From a virus (Duplodnaviria; Caudoviricetes), in IMG/VR virus record IMGVR_UViG_3300007346_000223, positions 1 through 24,565 of that record: DNA of 24,565 bases; one strand, 5' to 3'. The notes beneath the pieces were generated by a model. That model was not told where the DNA came from. It ran no database searches and saw only the letters and a program-made list of their open reading frames with translations. Below, piece by piece: positions 6,756 through 16,200 of the stretch. Numbering within the stretch: the stretch's first letter is position 1; every line of letters starts with the position of its first letter. A program made the translations under genes and the position numbers.

Positions 6756-9700
6756 TTAATAGAGGTCATTCCAAGAAGAACCATCGTAACCCTGATGCTT
6801 ATTGGTTGTTGTATTGAATACAATTGAACCAGCAGTTGTTGATGCAACTCCATCTCTTTGTGCTGTGGTCATTCTCGTTACAATCAAGAATTGATCAGTA
6901 GATTGTAACTCTAGAGATGATGCAGTGACAATTCCAGTAAATGTACCACCACCAGTTACACTTACACCAGCACCAGTAAACACTGCTCTATCAATTGTAC
7001 CATCCTCGTTAGTAATTCTAACTTCTGGACCAGCACCAAGAACAAGATCACCAGTCCCACCAGGGACTTTTACAGAGAATGTATCATCAGAATTTGTGTA
7101 TGTAATACGTCCATCTGAAGAATTGCCAAAGTTTGCTTCTATATTGTCTAGGAAGTTAACACTAGTAACAAAGTTTGTAACAGATACGGTAGCAGTTCCA
7201 TTGGAGAATGAAGCAGCAATATTATCTCCGAAGTTAATTGTTCCAGCAGTTCCAACATTAGTAGCATCATCCTGAATAATGACTCCACTACCAGAACCAA
7301 CAACACCTGTTAGTGCAGAACCATCAAGTGAAGGTAATGCTCCAGTAAGTTGACTTGCTTGAAGATCTGTAAGTCCGACACCAGAACCAGTAAATGAAGC
7401 AGCAGTAATAATTCCAGTAGTGTTTACACTAGCATCTTCTGTAAGTGCTATAGCAACCTGTGCAACATCCGAAGCAAACAATCTTCCATCAGAATGAACA
7501 AATGAAGTTGCACGAATCGTTCCTATAACATCAAGTTCTTGTTGTGGTTGAGTGCTGCCAATACCTACGCTATAACCAGTTCCAATACCAAGAATATTGT
7601 TATCACCAACGAGTGTAACATCACCATTGGATACAAACGACTCAGCAGTAATAATTCCAACTGTATTGATAGAGGAATCAGTAGCAAATCCAATCGCAAG
7701 TGTTGCTGTTGATGCTGTTCCAGTTACGTTTCCTGTTAGATCTCCAGTAAATGAAGCAGCAGTAATAATACCTGAAGTATTAATTGAACCATCTCCTGTA
7801 AATCCAAGAGCAAGTGTTGCTGTTGATGCTGTTCCAGTTACATTTCCTGTTACATTACCAGTTAAGTCTCCAGTAAATGAAGCAGCAGTAATAATACCAG
7901 AAGTGTTAATAGAACCATCTCCGGTGAATCCTAGAGCAACTGTTGCTTCGGTTGCAGTTCCAATAAATGAACCAGCAGTTATAGAAAATGCTGTAATAAT
8001 ACCAGAAGTGTTAATAGAACCATCTCCAGTGAATCCAAGAGCAAGTGTTGCTGTTGATGCTGTTCCAGTAACATTTCCTGTTAGATCTCCAGTAAATGAA
8101 GCAGCAGTAATAATACCTGAAGTATTGATGGAGGAATCAGTAGCAAATCCAATCGCAAGTGTTGCTGTTGATGCTGTTCCTGTTAAGTCTCCCGTAAAAC
8201 TAGTTGCTGTAATAACACCCGAAGTATTAATAGAACCATCTCCAGTGAATCCAAGAGCAACTGTTGCTACATCTGCTCTTCCTGTTAAATTTCCAGTAAC
8301 ATTACCAGTTAAGTCTCCGGTGAAAGAAGTAGCAGTAATGATACCAGAGGTGTTTACACTAGAATTAGATGCTAATGTCGTTGCAGTTGTTGCTGCATCT
8401 GCTGTTCCTGTTACATTTCCAGTAACATTGCCAGTTAAGTCTCCCGTAAAACTAGTTGCTGTAATAACACCTGAAGTATTAATAGAACCATCTCCAGTAA
8501 ATCCTAGAGCAACTGTTGCTTCACTTGCATTGGATGCAGTACCGGTTAAGTTACCAACAAAACCACTAGTTGCAGAAATAGCAGATGCTCCAATAATACC
8601 TGTAGTGTTGATATTAATATCACCAGGTAAACTAGTTGCAGTTGTTGCTGTAGTTGCCGTTCCTGTTACATTACCGGTTAAGTTTCCGGTAAAGGTTGTA
8701 GCAGTTACTGAAGCAGCAGTGATGATACCAGAGGTGTTTACACTCGAATTAGATGCTAATGTCGTTGCAGTTGTTGCTGTAGTTGCTGTTCCTGTTACGT
8801 TACCAGTTAGATTACCAGTAAAACTAGATGCCGTAATAGCTCCTGAAGTATTAATAGAACCATCTCCAGTGAATCCAAGAGCAACTGTTGCTACATTCGC
8901 GTTAGTTGCTGTAGATATTGTTCCATCAAAACTGGAAGCAGTAACGACTCCAGTTGCTAGGTTAAGTCCTGAACTGTTAAAAGTATTGCTTCCGACAAAG
9001 AAACCAGAGTCAGTAACACTTACCCCAGATCCTACATGAATAGCACCACTTTCAATCGTGGTTCCAGTTCCAACATTAACAACACCTGTTGTTGTTACAT
9101 CACCATTTACATATAATGATGTTCCCGAAGAACCTACAGAACCAACAGTTAATTGATAATCTATTGATTCCGTTCCAATTCCAACACCAGTTGCTAAATT
9201 ATAGAGACCATTCTCAACCTTTATAAAATCAGTAAATCTGATTGGGGTATAGGAAATCAATTCAAGGTGATCTGTGCTTGATAATGTATAGTTAAGGAAG
9301 TCAATTTCAGTCTGAGATTCACTGTTATAGTCGTGACTTATAACTTTAAATCCATTTCTGAATACGTCAACAAGATCTGTAGTATAGAGGAATGGGAATA
9401 CTGACTGCCCATCGAATGGAGTAATGCTAGTAGATGTTCTTGCTCTCTGATTACCTAGATGATTATATTGTACGACTTCAACATGTTCCGAAACACTGAA
9501 AGCAGCAGTAATTAAGATTCTAAATTCATTATCTGCAGTATACTCATCACTATCTGGAGTATAATCCGCATCGTTTAGAAGAACACCATTTTCAAATACT
9601 TCAAGTACTCCAGTAGAATTTGCAACAGGAATGAGATTTTGATGTCCTGATACAAAACTGCTGTTAGAATAGTTGGTTGCAAGTCCAGTTCTTGCAGTCG

Positions 9701-11348
9701 TTGCAAAACCAACAACTGTAACGACTTCATTGAGAAGTGTTCCAGAAGTAAGTTGAATTGTATTTCCTAGTCCAATAACATTAAACTCTGCGCTACTTAA
9801 TCTAATACCAGAGATATAAACGTCATTATCTGTTGCTGCACTTGATGCTCCAACTGTGAACTCAGTTTGTCCTGCACCTGCTGTAATCGTTGTGACTCCA
9901 GTTCTTGCCCATGGCGTATATTCAAAGATTTGAACATGATCATCCGCATAAGCACCAGCAGTCAGTGTAATTTGTGATGCTCCAGAAACAGTATAGTCTT
10001 CGTCACGTAAACGAATACCATTTATAAAGACATCAACGTTACTTGCAGTAAAAGTAGATGGTGTTGTAAATACTGTTTGACCTGCAGTTGCAGTTGATGT
10101 TGATATGCCAAGTCTTGAACCATCATTAATACCAAAGATTTCATAATGATCTGTGCTATCTGCCCCAGTTATAATAATAACGTCACCAAATGATGAATTA
10201 TACTCTGTACCATCCTTTAATTTTCTAGATCCAGTACCAGAAGAACCATAATAGTAGACATCAAATGGTTTTGTTGATACGTCTTCACCAATACTAGATT
10301 GTAGTCTTACAATTCCAGTAGCATCTAATGTATCGCCAATAGATACTCTTGCAGTTTCTGGATATGTAAAAACTTCTACTGTGCTTCCTGCTGATACTGC
10401 TGGTATTTGAACAAATGATGATGATGAGTAATCAATATTTTCTGGTTTTATTTTTACACCATCAACAAATACATCCGTAGTATTTCTATTGTTTATCCCT
10501 GTTGCAATTCCAGTAAATGGGAAATTGGTTGTCCCACCACCAACGTTGCTATATTTAATCGACAATCTTGTATCTGATGTGTCTATAAATCCTTGTCTTG
10601 GTGGAATAGTAACCTTTGCACTTACACCAGCTCCAGTTACAACTATATCTTCTCCAACAAAATCAACAACCTTGATTCCACCAAGATTTCCTTTAACTGT
10701 GCCACCATTTTTGACGGTTAAACTTCCAAATGTTCCCGAGTTTGCAGAAACACCATATCCGACCAAATGAATTATATCTCCGCCAGATGCACCAGATGTG
10801 AGAGTAACTACAGTTCCACCATCAGAATTATATGCAGAGTCTGCTAATTTTAGACCGTTTTTGAATACATCAAGACCTGCTGGATCGTGATCGAAAGTAA
10901 ATAAAGTTTGTCCTGGAGTAGCAGTAAACTCCTGATCCGTCCTAATTTGAATAGGATCAATCCATGTTACTCCAATGCCTGTAGAAATTACATATTGACC
11001 GTGATTTCCTTCACTATTACCAACACTAAGAGTACCACCTATCGTCGTGATTCCAGTCAGAGTGGTGTGATTTAGAGTTAGATTATCAACCGTACTTCCA
11101 ACAGAAAGTTGATTGATAGTTGCGATTCCAGTTATGTTTAGACTATCAAATGTCTGGTCACTATCACTAGGGAGTACAATTCCCGTCAAATTGGAACCAT
11201 CACCATAGTATGAGGTTGCAGAGACTGCACCAGATACTTGAATTTTTGCACCAATATCAGTCGTACCCAAACCAACTTGCGATCGGGTGTCATCTTGATT
11301 GAACAGATTTGGTGTTACTAGCGCCGCTAGATCTCTTGCTCTTGACAT
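6756..11348 (-). CDS. Large repetitive tail fibre/virion protein (1530 aa)
   Basis: MSRARDLA N-terminus. Seven ~65-80-aa beta-rich domains (T.T.GQT.F...DVF.NG..L...DY...V.I), eleven tandem Thr/Gly-rich repeats, and a C-terminal MTTAQRD...GSIVFNTTTNKHQGYDGSSW fibre motif. Confidence 0.85.
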   Translation of the reverse strand: MSRARDLAALVTPNLFNQDDTRSQVGLGTTDIGAKIQVSGAVSATSYYGDGSNLTGIVLPSDSDQTFDSLNITGIATINQLSVGSTVDNLTLNHTTLTGITTIGGTLSVGNSEGNHGQYVISTGIGVTWIDPIQIRTDQEFTATPGQTLFTFDHDPAGLDVFKNGLKLADSAYNSDGGTVVTLTSGASGGDIIHLVGYGVSANSGTFGSLTVKNGGTVKGNLGGIKVVDFVGEDIVVTGAGVSAKVTIPPRQGFIDTSDTRLSIKYSNVGGGTTNFPFTGIATGINNRNTTDVFVDGVKIKPENIDYSSSSFVQIPAVSAGSTVEVFTYPETARVSIGDTLDATGIVRLQSSIGEDVSTKPFDVYYYGSSGTGSRKLKDGTEYNSSFGDVIIITGADSTDHYEIFGINDGSRLGISTSTATAGQTVFTTPSTFTASNVDVFINGIRLRDEDYTVSGASQITLTAGAYADDHVQIFEYTPWARTGVTTITAGAGQTEFTVGASSAATDNDVYISGIRLSSAEFNVIGLGNTIQLTSGTLLNEVVTVVGFATTARTGLATNYSNSSFVSGHQNLIPVANSTGVLEVFENGVLLNDADYTPDSDEYTADNEFRILITAAFSVSEHVEVVQYNHLGNQRARTSTSITPFDGQSVFPFLYTTDLVDVFRNGFKVISHDYNSESQTEIDFLNYTLSSTDHLELISYTPIRFTDFIKVENGLYNLATGVGIGTESIDYQLTVGSVGSSGTSLYVNGDVTTTGVVNVGTGTTIESGAIHVGSGVSVTDSGFFVGSNTFNSSGLNLATGVVTASSFDGTISTATNANVATVALGFTGDGSINTSGAITASSFTGNLTGNVTGTATTATTATTLASNSSVNTSGIITAASVTATTFTGNLTGNVTGTATTATTATSLPGDININTTGIIGASAISATSGFVGNLTGTASNASEATVALGFTGDGSINTSGVITATSFTGDLTGNVTGNVTGTADAATTATTLASNSSVNTSGIITATSFTGDLTGNVTGNLTGRADVATVALGFTGDGSINTSGVITATSFTGDLTGTASTATLAIGFATDSSINTSGIITAASFTGDLTGNVTGTASTATLALGFTGDGSINTSGIITAFSITAGSFIGTATEATVALGFTGDGSINTSGIITAASFTGDLTGNVTGNVTGTASTATLALGFTGDGSINTSGIITAASFTGDLTGNVTGTASTATLAIGFATDSSINTVGIITAESFVSNGDVTLVGDNNILGIGTGYSVGIGSTQPQQELDVIGTIRATSFVHSDGRLFASDVAQVAIALTEDASVNTTGIITAASFTGSGVGLTDLQASQLTGALPSLDGSALTGVVGSGSGVIIQDDATNVGTAGTINFGDNIAASFSNGTATVSVTNFVTSVNFLDNIEANFGNSSDGRITYTNSDDTFSVKVPGGTGDLVLGAGPEVRITNEDGTIDRAVFTGAGVSVTGGGTFTGIVTASSLELQSTDQFLIVTRMTTAQRDGVASTTAGSIVFNTTTNKHQGYDGSSWNDLY
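7640..8950 (-). repeat. Coding tandem repeat, about 11 units of 30-42 aa (ALGFTGDGSINTSGIITAASFTGDLTGNVTGTASTATL and variants)
   Basis: Recurrent DNA blocks such as ttaatagaaccatctcc and ccagtaaatgaagcagcagtaataat. Units differ in copy number of a 12-nt TGNV sub-repeat. Confidence 0.95.
9245..10940 (-). repeat. Seven diverged copies of a small beta-rich domain within the 1530-aa protein
   Basis: Cores LDVFKNGLKL, TDVFVDGVKI, FDVYYYG, VDVFINGIRL, NDVYISGIRL, LEVFENGVLL, VDVFRNGFKV. A further copy (TEVYYNGSKL) is in the 610-aa protein. Confidence 0.8.
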
Positions 11349-11364
11349 GGTGTAAGTTTTTAGT

Positions 11365-11372
11365 TATTTATT
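11365..11372 (-). promoter_or_regulatory. T4-type late promoter (AATAAATA)
   Basis: Intergenic, 16 nt upstream of the 1530-aa start. Confidence 0.6.
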
Positions 11373-11403
11373 GGTGAATATAGTTCTGATATATATGTGA
11401 GTT

Positions 11404-13236
11404 TTAAGACTCTAATTCAGTTTTTAGAGTCCCGTCGTTTTCAACATACAAACGATAATTAGTTCCATTTGCTGATGTAAGGACGACTCCTGCCGAAGTA
11501 TTAACACCAACCTTAACATTTGATGTTGTAGAAATACCGGAAGCATAACTGGACCAGAATGATCTGTCGAGAGATGCTATAGTATTTGTAAATGTTATAA
11601 TTTCAACAGTGTCTCCAGACACTGCATCAAAAGTTAATTGAATAACACTTCCATCAGTTGCGGCATAGTCAGTTCCACCAACTAATTTTGAACCATTATA
11701 ATATACTTCAGTTGCACCGGGATTGTAATCAAAATTGAATTCTGAAGTTGCAACACTTACAATATTGACTTGCTTTTCATAGATGACGGTTGAGATTCCA
11801 ATAAAGACCTCTGCTACATTATCAGCAATAGTGACCGAAGTAACACCAGACCCCACAAAGTTTAAAGTTGTTGCAGTTCCAATAGTAACTCCACCAGATT
11901 GAATTCCAGCAGCAGCAACAAATTCGGTAGATATACCAGATGCTAAGTTACTAATGGTAGTTATACCCGTTAGATTTGAATCAACAGATTCTAGATGATT
12001 TGTAGTTGTAATACCACTGAATACTGAATTCACAGATGTTAAACTAGTTGTAGTTGTAACACCACTGAATAGTGCATCACCAACAGAGTTTAACGTATGT
12101 GCTGTTAAGATTCCTGTAAATGTTGCATTACCTGAGGAATTTAATGTATTGATACTAGTAATACCAGTAAATGATGCATCTCCAACAGAGTTTAACGTAT
12201 GTGCTGTTAAGATTCCTGTAAATACTGCGTCACCAGAAGAACTTAGACGTGCTATAGTGGTATCACCAAGGATCGATACATCTCCTGAGGAGTTTAAACT
12301 AGTTACTGTTGCAATACCAAGTGTTGAAACGCCAGCAACAATATTACCTCCCGAAGAATATAAAGTATTAATAGTTCCAATACCAGATACTAAAGCATCT
12401 CCAGAGACTGTTACATCCCCAGAAGAGTTTAAATCAGTTAGTGTTGTAATACCAGATATTGTTACATTACCAGAGGCATCTAAACTACTTAAAGATGCAC
12501 TACCTACTACCGATGTATCACCAAGGATTGATACATCTCCTGAGGAGTTTAAACTAGTTACTGTTGCAATACCAAGCGTTGAAACGCCAGCAACAATATT
12601 ACCTCCCGAGGAATATAATGTGGTTACTGTTGCAATACCTGCAACGATATTACCACCAGAAGTATATAAAGTATTTACAGTTGCAACACCAGAAACTGAT
12701 ACATCACCAGAAACTGATGCATCGCCATTAACATCCAGTTCACTAGAAACTGTTACAATACCAGCAACAATAGATCCTCCTGAGGATTCGAGTTTGGTTA
12801 TTGTAGCAACTCCTGCAATTATATTACCACCTAGGGAATATAGAGTGTTAATTGTTGTAATGCCGGAGAATGATGCTCCACCACTTACAATGATTTGATC
12901 GGTAACAGTTGCAAAACCGGCAACAACATTACCACCAGAAGTATATAAAGTATTGATTGTTGCAATACCTGTTATATTTGCATTCGCAACGTCAGCAAGA
13001 TTTCCAGTGATGTTTAGGTCATTTACAGTTGTAAATCCAGAAACATTAACACTATCTAAGAAACTTGCTGACCCAGTGAGTGTTAAATTAGTAGCACCTA
13101 TTCCGCCTCTTACCTCTAAATCATACTCTGGAATAGTTGAACCAATACCAACCTTACGAGTTTCTGCACTCGCATAGATTAAATCAGTGTTTACTTCTAT
13201 TCCGTTCTTGACGGTAAAGTTCTTGTTAATTCCCAT
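11404..13236 (-). CDS. Repetitive tail fibre/virion protein (610 aa)
   Basis: MGINKNFTVKNGIEVN N-terminus, VGIGSTIP..LEVRG fibre motif, ~17-aa repeats, and a C-terminal GVVLTSANGTNYRLYVENDGTL motif. Confidence 0.85.
   Translation of the reverse strand: MGINKNFTVKNGIEVNTDLIYASAETRKVGIGSTIPEYDLEVRGGIGATNLTLTGSASFLDSVNVSGFTTVNDLNITGNLADVANANITGIATINTLYTSGGNVVAGFATVTDQIIVSGGASFSGITTINTLYSLGGNIIAGVATITKLESSGGSIVAGIVTVSSELDVNGDASVSGDVSVSGVATVNTLYTSGGNIVAGIATVTTLYSSGGNIVAGVSTLGIATVTSLNSSGDVSILGDTSVVGSASLSSLDASGNVTISGITTLTDLNSSGDVTVSGDALVSGIGTINTLYSSGGNIVAGVSTLGIATVTSLNSSGDVSILGDTTIARLSSSGDAVFTGILTAHTLNSVGDASFTGITSINTLNSSGNATFTGILTAHTLNSVGDALFSGVTTTTSLTSVNSVFSGITTTNHLESVDSNLTGITTISNLASGISTEFVAAAGIQSGGVTIGTATTLNFVGSGVTSVTIADNVAEVFIGISTVIYEKQVNIVSVATSEFNFDYNPGATEVYYNGSKLVGGTDYAATDGSVIQLTFDAVSGDTVEIITFTNTIASLDRSFWSSYASGISTTSNVKVGVNTSAGVVLTSANGTNYRLYVENDGTLKTELES
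11950..13030 (-). repeat. Coding ~17-aa repeat (GIATxxTLxSSGxxxxx) with recent internal duplications
   Basis: 12260-12363 vs 12515-12618: 104 nt, 3 mismatches, offset 255 = 5x51. 12073-12121 vs 12175-12223: 49 nt, 1 mismatch, offset 102 = 2x51. Confidence 0.9.
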
Positions 13237-13271
13237 TGGTTCTCCTGAGGTTCACTTTCCCCTCCATGGTT

Positions 13272-13279
13272 TATTTATA
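13272..13279 (-). promoter_or_regulatory. T4-type late promoter (perfect TATAAATA)
   Basis: Exact consensus, followed by a GC-rich leader and an AGGAGA RBS before the 610-aa gene. Confidence 0.8.
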
Positions 13280-13288
13280 AAATTTTAA

Positions 13289-16200
13289 TCAATGAGAGAT
13301 ATTACCAAAAGATTTCCATTCGTTTCCTGTGGTATAGACCCATCCAATAGTACCACCATTTTCTGGAGTTACATTAAAGACGACATCTCCAACTGTTCCA
13401 GCATTTGTTGGGGTAGCAATACCAACCGTATACTTTCTAGAGATAGTCTGCTCACCTTGAATTAACAAGGAGGAAACCTGAACACCTTTCATTGATGTTG
13501 AAGTAATCTTTTCATTGAATAGGACTGGACCATCAAATTCCGAGACAATATCATTACTTGGTCCACCCTCAACACGAATTGAACGAGTAATATTTGCTTG
13601 TAGTGGAGTCAGAACATCAAATCCAGTGTTAATATCATCCTGACCTACATCTTGACCAGTGATTGTTGGGATTGGTGCATCAACAACCTCTTCCTTACCA
13701 GTCGCAGAACTTACTCTCTTGTTTCCAATGTAAAATTCACCAGCATCATTCATACCAGTATAGACAACCAATCCACCATTTTCTTTGGATGATTGTGCCA
13801 AGAACTTCTCTCTTACATTCAGAGATCTATTTTGCTTTGATGGAATTGAAGTCGAATAGTTTCCTGGACCAAAACCAACATACTCAAAAGTATGACCAGA
13901 TGCTCTAATAAATGAGTTTCTTCTAAGTTCAATTGGAAGAACACGGATTCTCTTAACAACAGATCCATTAACGTGCATTTTTCTTCTAGTTCCAAGAACT
14001 CCACGGAATACTCTGAGAGAATCGCCAGGAATAACTGAACGCTTAATTCTTACAATTTCATCATCAATCAGCAAGTAATCACCTATCTGGAAGTTGATAT
14101 TGTCAGAGTTAGTTACGCTTATATTGTCATCCGTCATGTTTCCAATTGAAACAGATAGAGTGGTTCGAATATCTCCATATGGTGGAGTAAGTCTTCCACC
14201 AATATTCTCATTTTCTTCTGTAAGATTTCCACCATTTGCACGGATGTTAAGAGCATCAGTTACTGCATATACCTCTCCAGTCAATGGAGGAGCATAATTT
14301 CCAATTCCAAGATTAACACTGAAGGTATTTAAGCTTTTAATTTCTCCAATTGGAACTCTTTGATTATAAACAGATTCATTTGCACCAGCAATTTCAATAC
14401 CATTTCCTACCTGATAACCATGAGAAATTGTTGTTGTTACTGTTGCTATTCCAACAGATGGATCATATTCAATGCTACTTACTGGAATTGCTTGATCGTT
14501 TACATAAGCAGAAGCAAATGCTGTTGCTGCTGGTCCAAGTCCAGTTGGATTAAGTGCTGCTGCTGGAATATCTTCAAATGATTTTACATCAACTCTTGTA
14601 GTATCGCCAGTTGTAACTCCAACAACACGATAGTTATTATTGTATCCGTCAAATGCCTTTATAGGAATACCTGCCAGACTTACGAGACTATTCTCATTGC
14701 TATAAATCGATGTTACACTTACAACACCAACGACATGATTGGCAGAGGTTGTAACACCAACAATTGCAAGAGTATTACCAATTCCATATGCACTTCCTCC
14801 GTCCATAATCTCGACAGAAGCAATTGTGCCACCAGTTCCAACTTTAATCTTTGCTGTTGCGTGTTTGCCTGTAACTGAATTTCCAATAGCAACTAGTTTT
14901 GCATTATAGAAATATTCAGTTCCTCCACCACTACCATAGTTTGCACCAGCACTAACAATACCAACCTTTTCAACTCTATTCAGTCTGTGCTCATTCTTAT
15001 AGTAAATTGTATGTGAAGTTGTTGAAGTAGATACGATATCAGTGATACCAGCACCAACACCAATTGCCTGCAATCCTTTATCAAGTGCTTCTCTACTTAC
15101 ACTATCTCTTGGATCACTTATAACAACCTCTCCAATTGGATTTGGGAGTGCAAATGAAACAGATGATTTTGGATCTGAGTTTGCATTGTCCTTATCAAGT
15201 TGTGGATAGAAATTGATAATTGGTTGAGAGAATTTCAATCCAGTAAATGGAGCAGCTTTTGGTCTATTTGAATTGTTGATTAGTAGGATGTGGTACACAC
15301 CATCCTGTTGTCCCTCAATATATTCTTTAAATTGTTTTGAACGATAGATTGAGAATGTTTCTTTATAGTCTTTTTGAATAAATCTTGGAAGATTTGTGTC
15401 TCTTTGTGATGTGTTGTTGGTAAATGTTCCTGGATCTGTTGTAATACCAACAGAGAAGTGTTTTGCACTCGAAATACCAACGACAGGATAGATGCCGTTA
15501 AATCCACTTGCACCAGCACCAACTGTGTTGTTAGTACTCTTAATGTTCTTCAGTTCAACATATGCTCCTATTTGAAGATAATGTGGAATTTCGGTTTCAA
15601 TATTTGCAGTCCCTAAACTCCAATCAGCACCTGCAATAAAGTTGAACTTACGAATCTCGGTTGGATCAGAAAGTGTTGCTGTTGTATCTGGGAAATACTT
15701 TTGAATAATTGATGTAGTAAATCCAGAAGTGTTGCTGCTATCTTGAAGAACAAAACCATCAATAGGAGGTCTTGCATTTACAGCCTCTTTTGGAATTACG
15801 TAACGAATTCTGTAGACACTATCGATTGCATTTCTATTATCTTGTATCCTAGTGAAGAAAGTTCTTGGAGTTGCTGCACCAATGCCAGATACACCAGCAC
15901 TTGCAATTCTAGGATATAGAGTATCTGATTCTTCAGTTGATGTGTTTATGTACCACTGGTTGAAAGTTGTATCAAACTGGACTGGATGTCCAAGTTCTCC
16001 AGGTCTCTTATCAACAACTCTACTAACAATTTCGATAGTTCCTCCAGAATTGTTATATGTAACTGAAGCACCCGCAAATGCATCATTAAGGTTTGCTGCA
16101 AGTTTAATCTGCGATGTACTTGTAATTCCAGATCCACTAGCAATTACATGGTAAATTTTATTGTTTTTCAATCCATCTGGAATCTGACCAGTGTTAGAAT

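Noticed and set aside
8630-8800. Ice-binding/antifreeze function for TATTATTAT runs
   Set aside because: The runs are short and embedded in ordinary fibre shaft repeats, with no regular TxT solenoid periodicity to support it.
7640-8950. CRISPR-like array
   Set aside because: The repeats are in-frame coding units with third-position variation and no unique spacers, and no cas genes are present.
7597-9039. Long plus-strand ORFs (480 aa here; also 12149-12898, 20760-21302, 23704-24204, 2148-2558 and others)
   Set aside because: Antisense shadows of Thr/Gly-rich minus-strand genes, whose codon bias avoids stops on the opposite strand. They have no independent RBS or promoter support.
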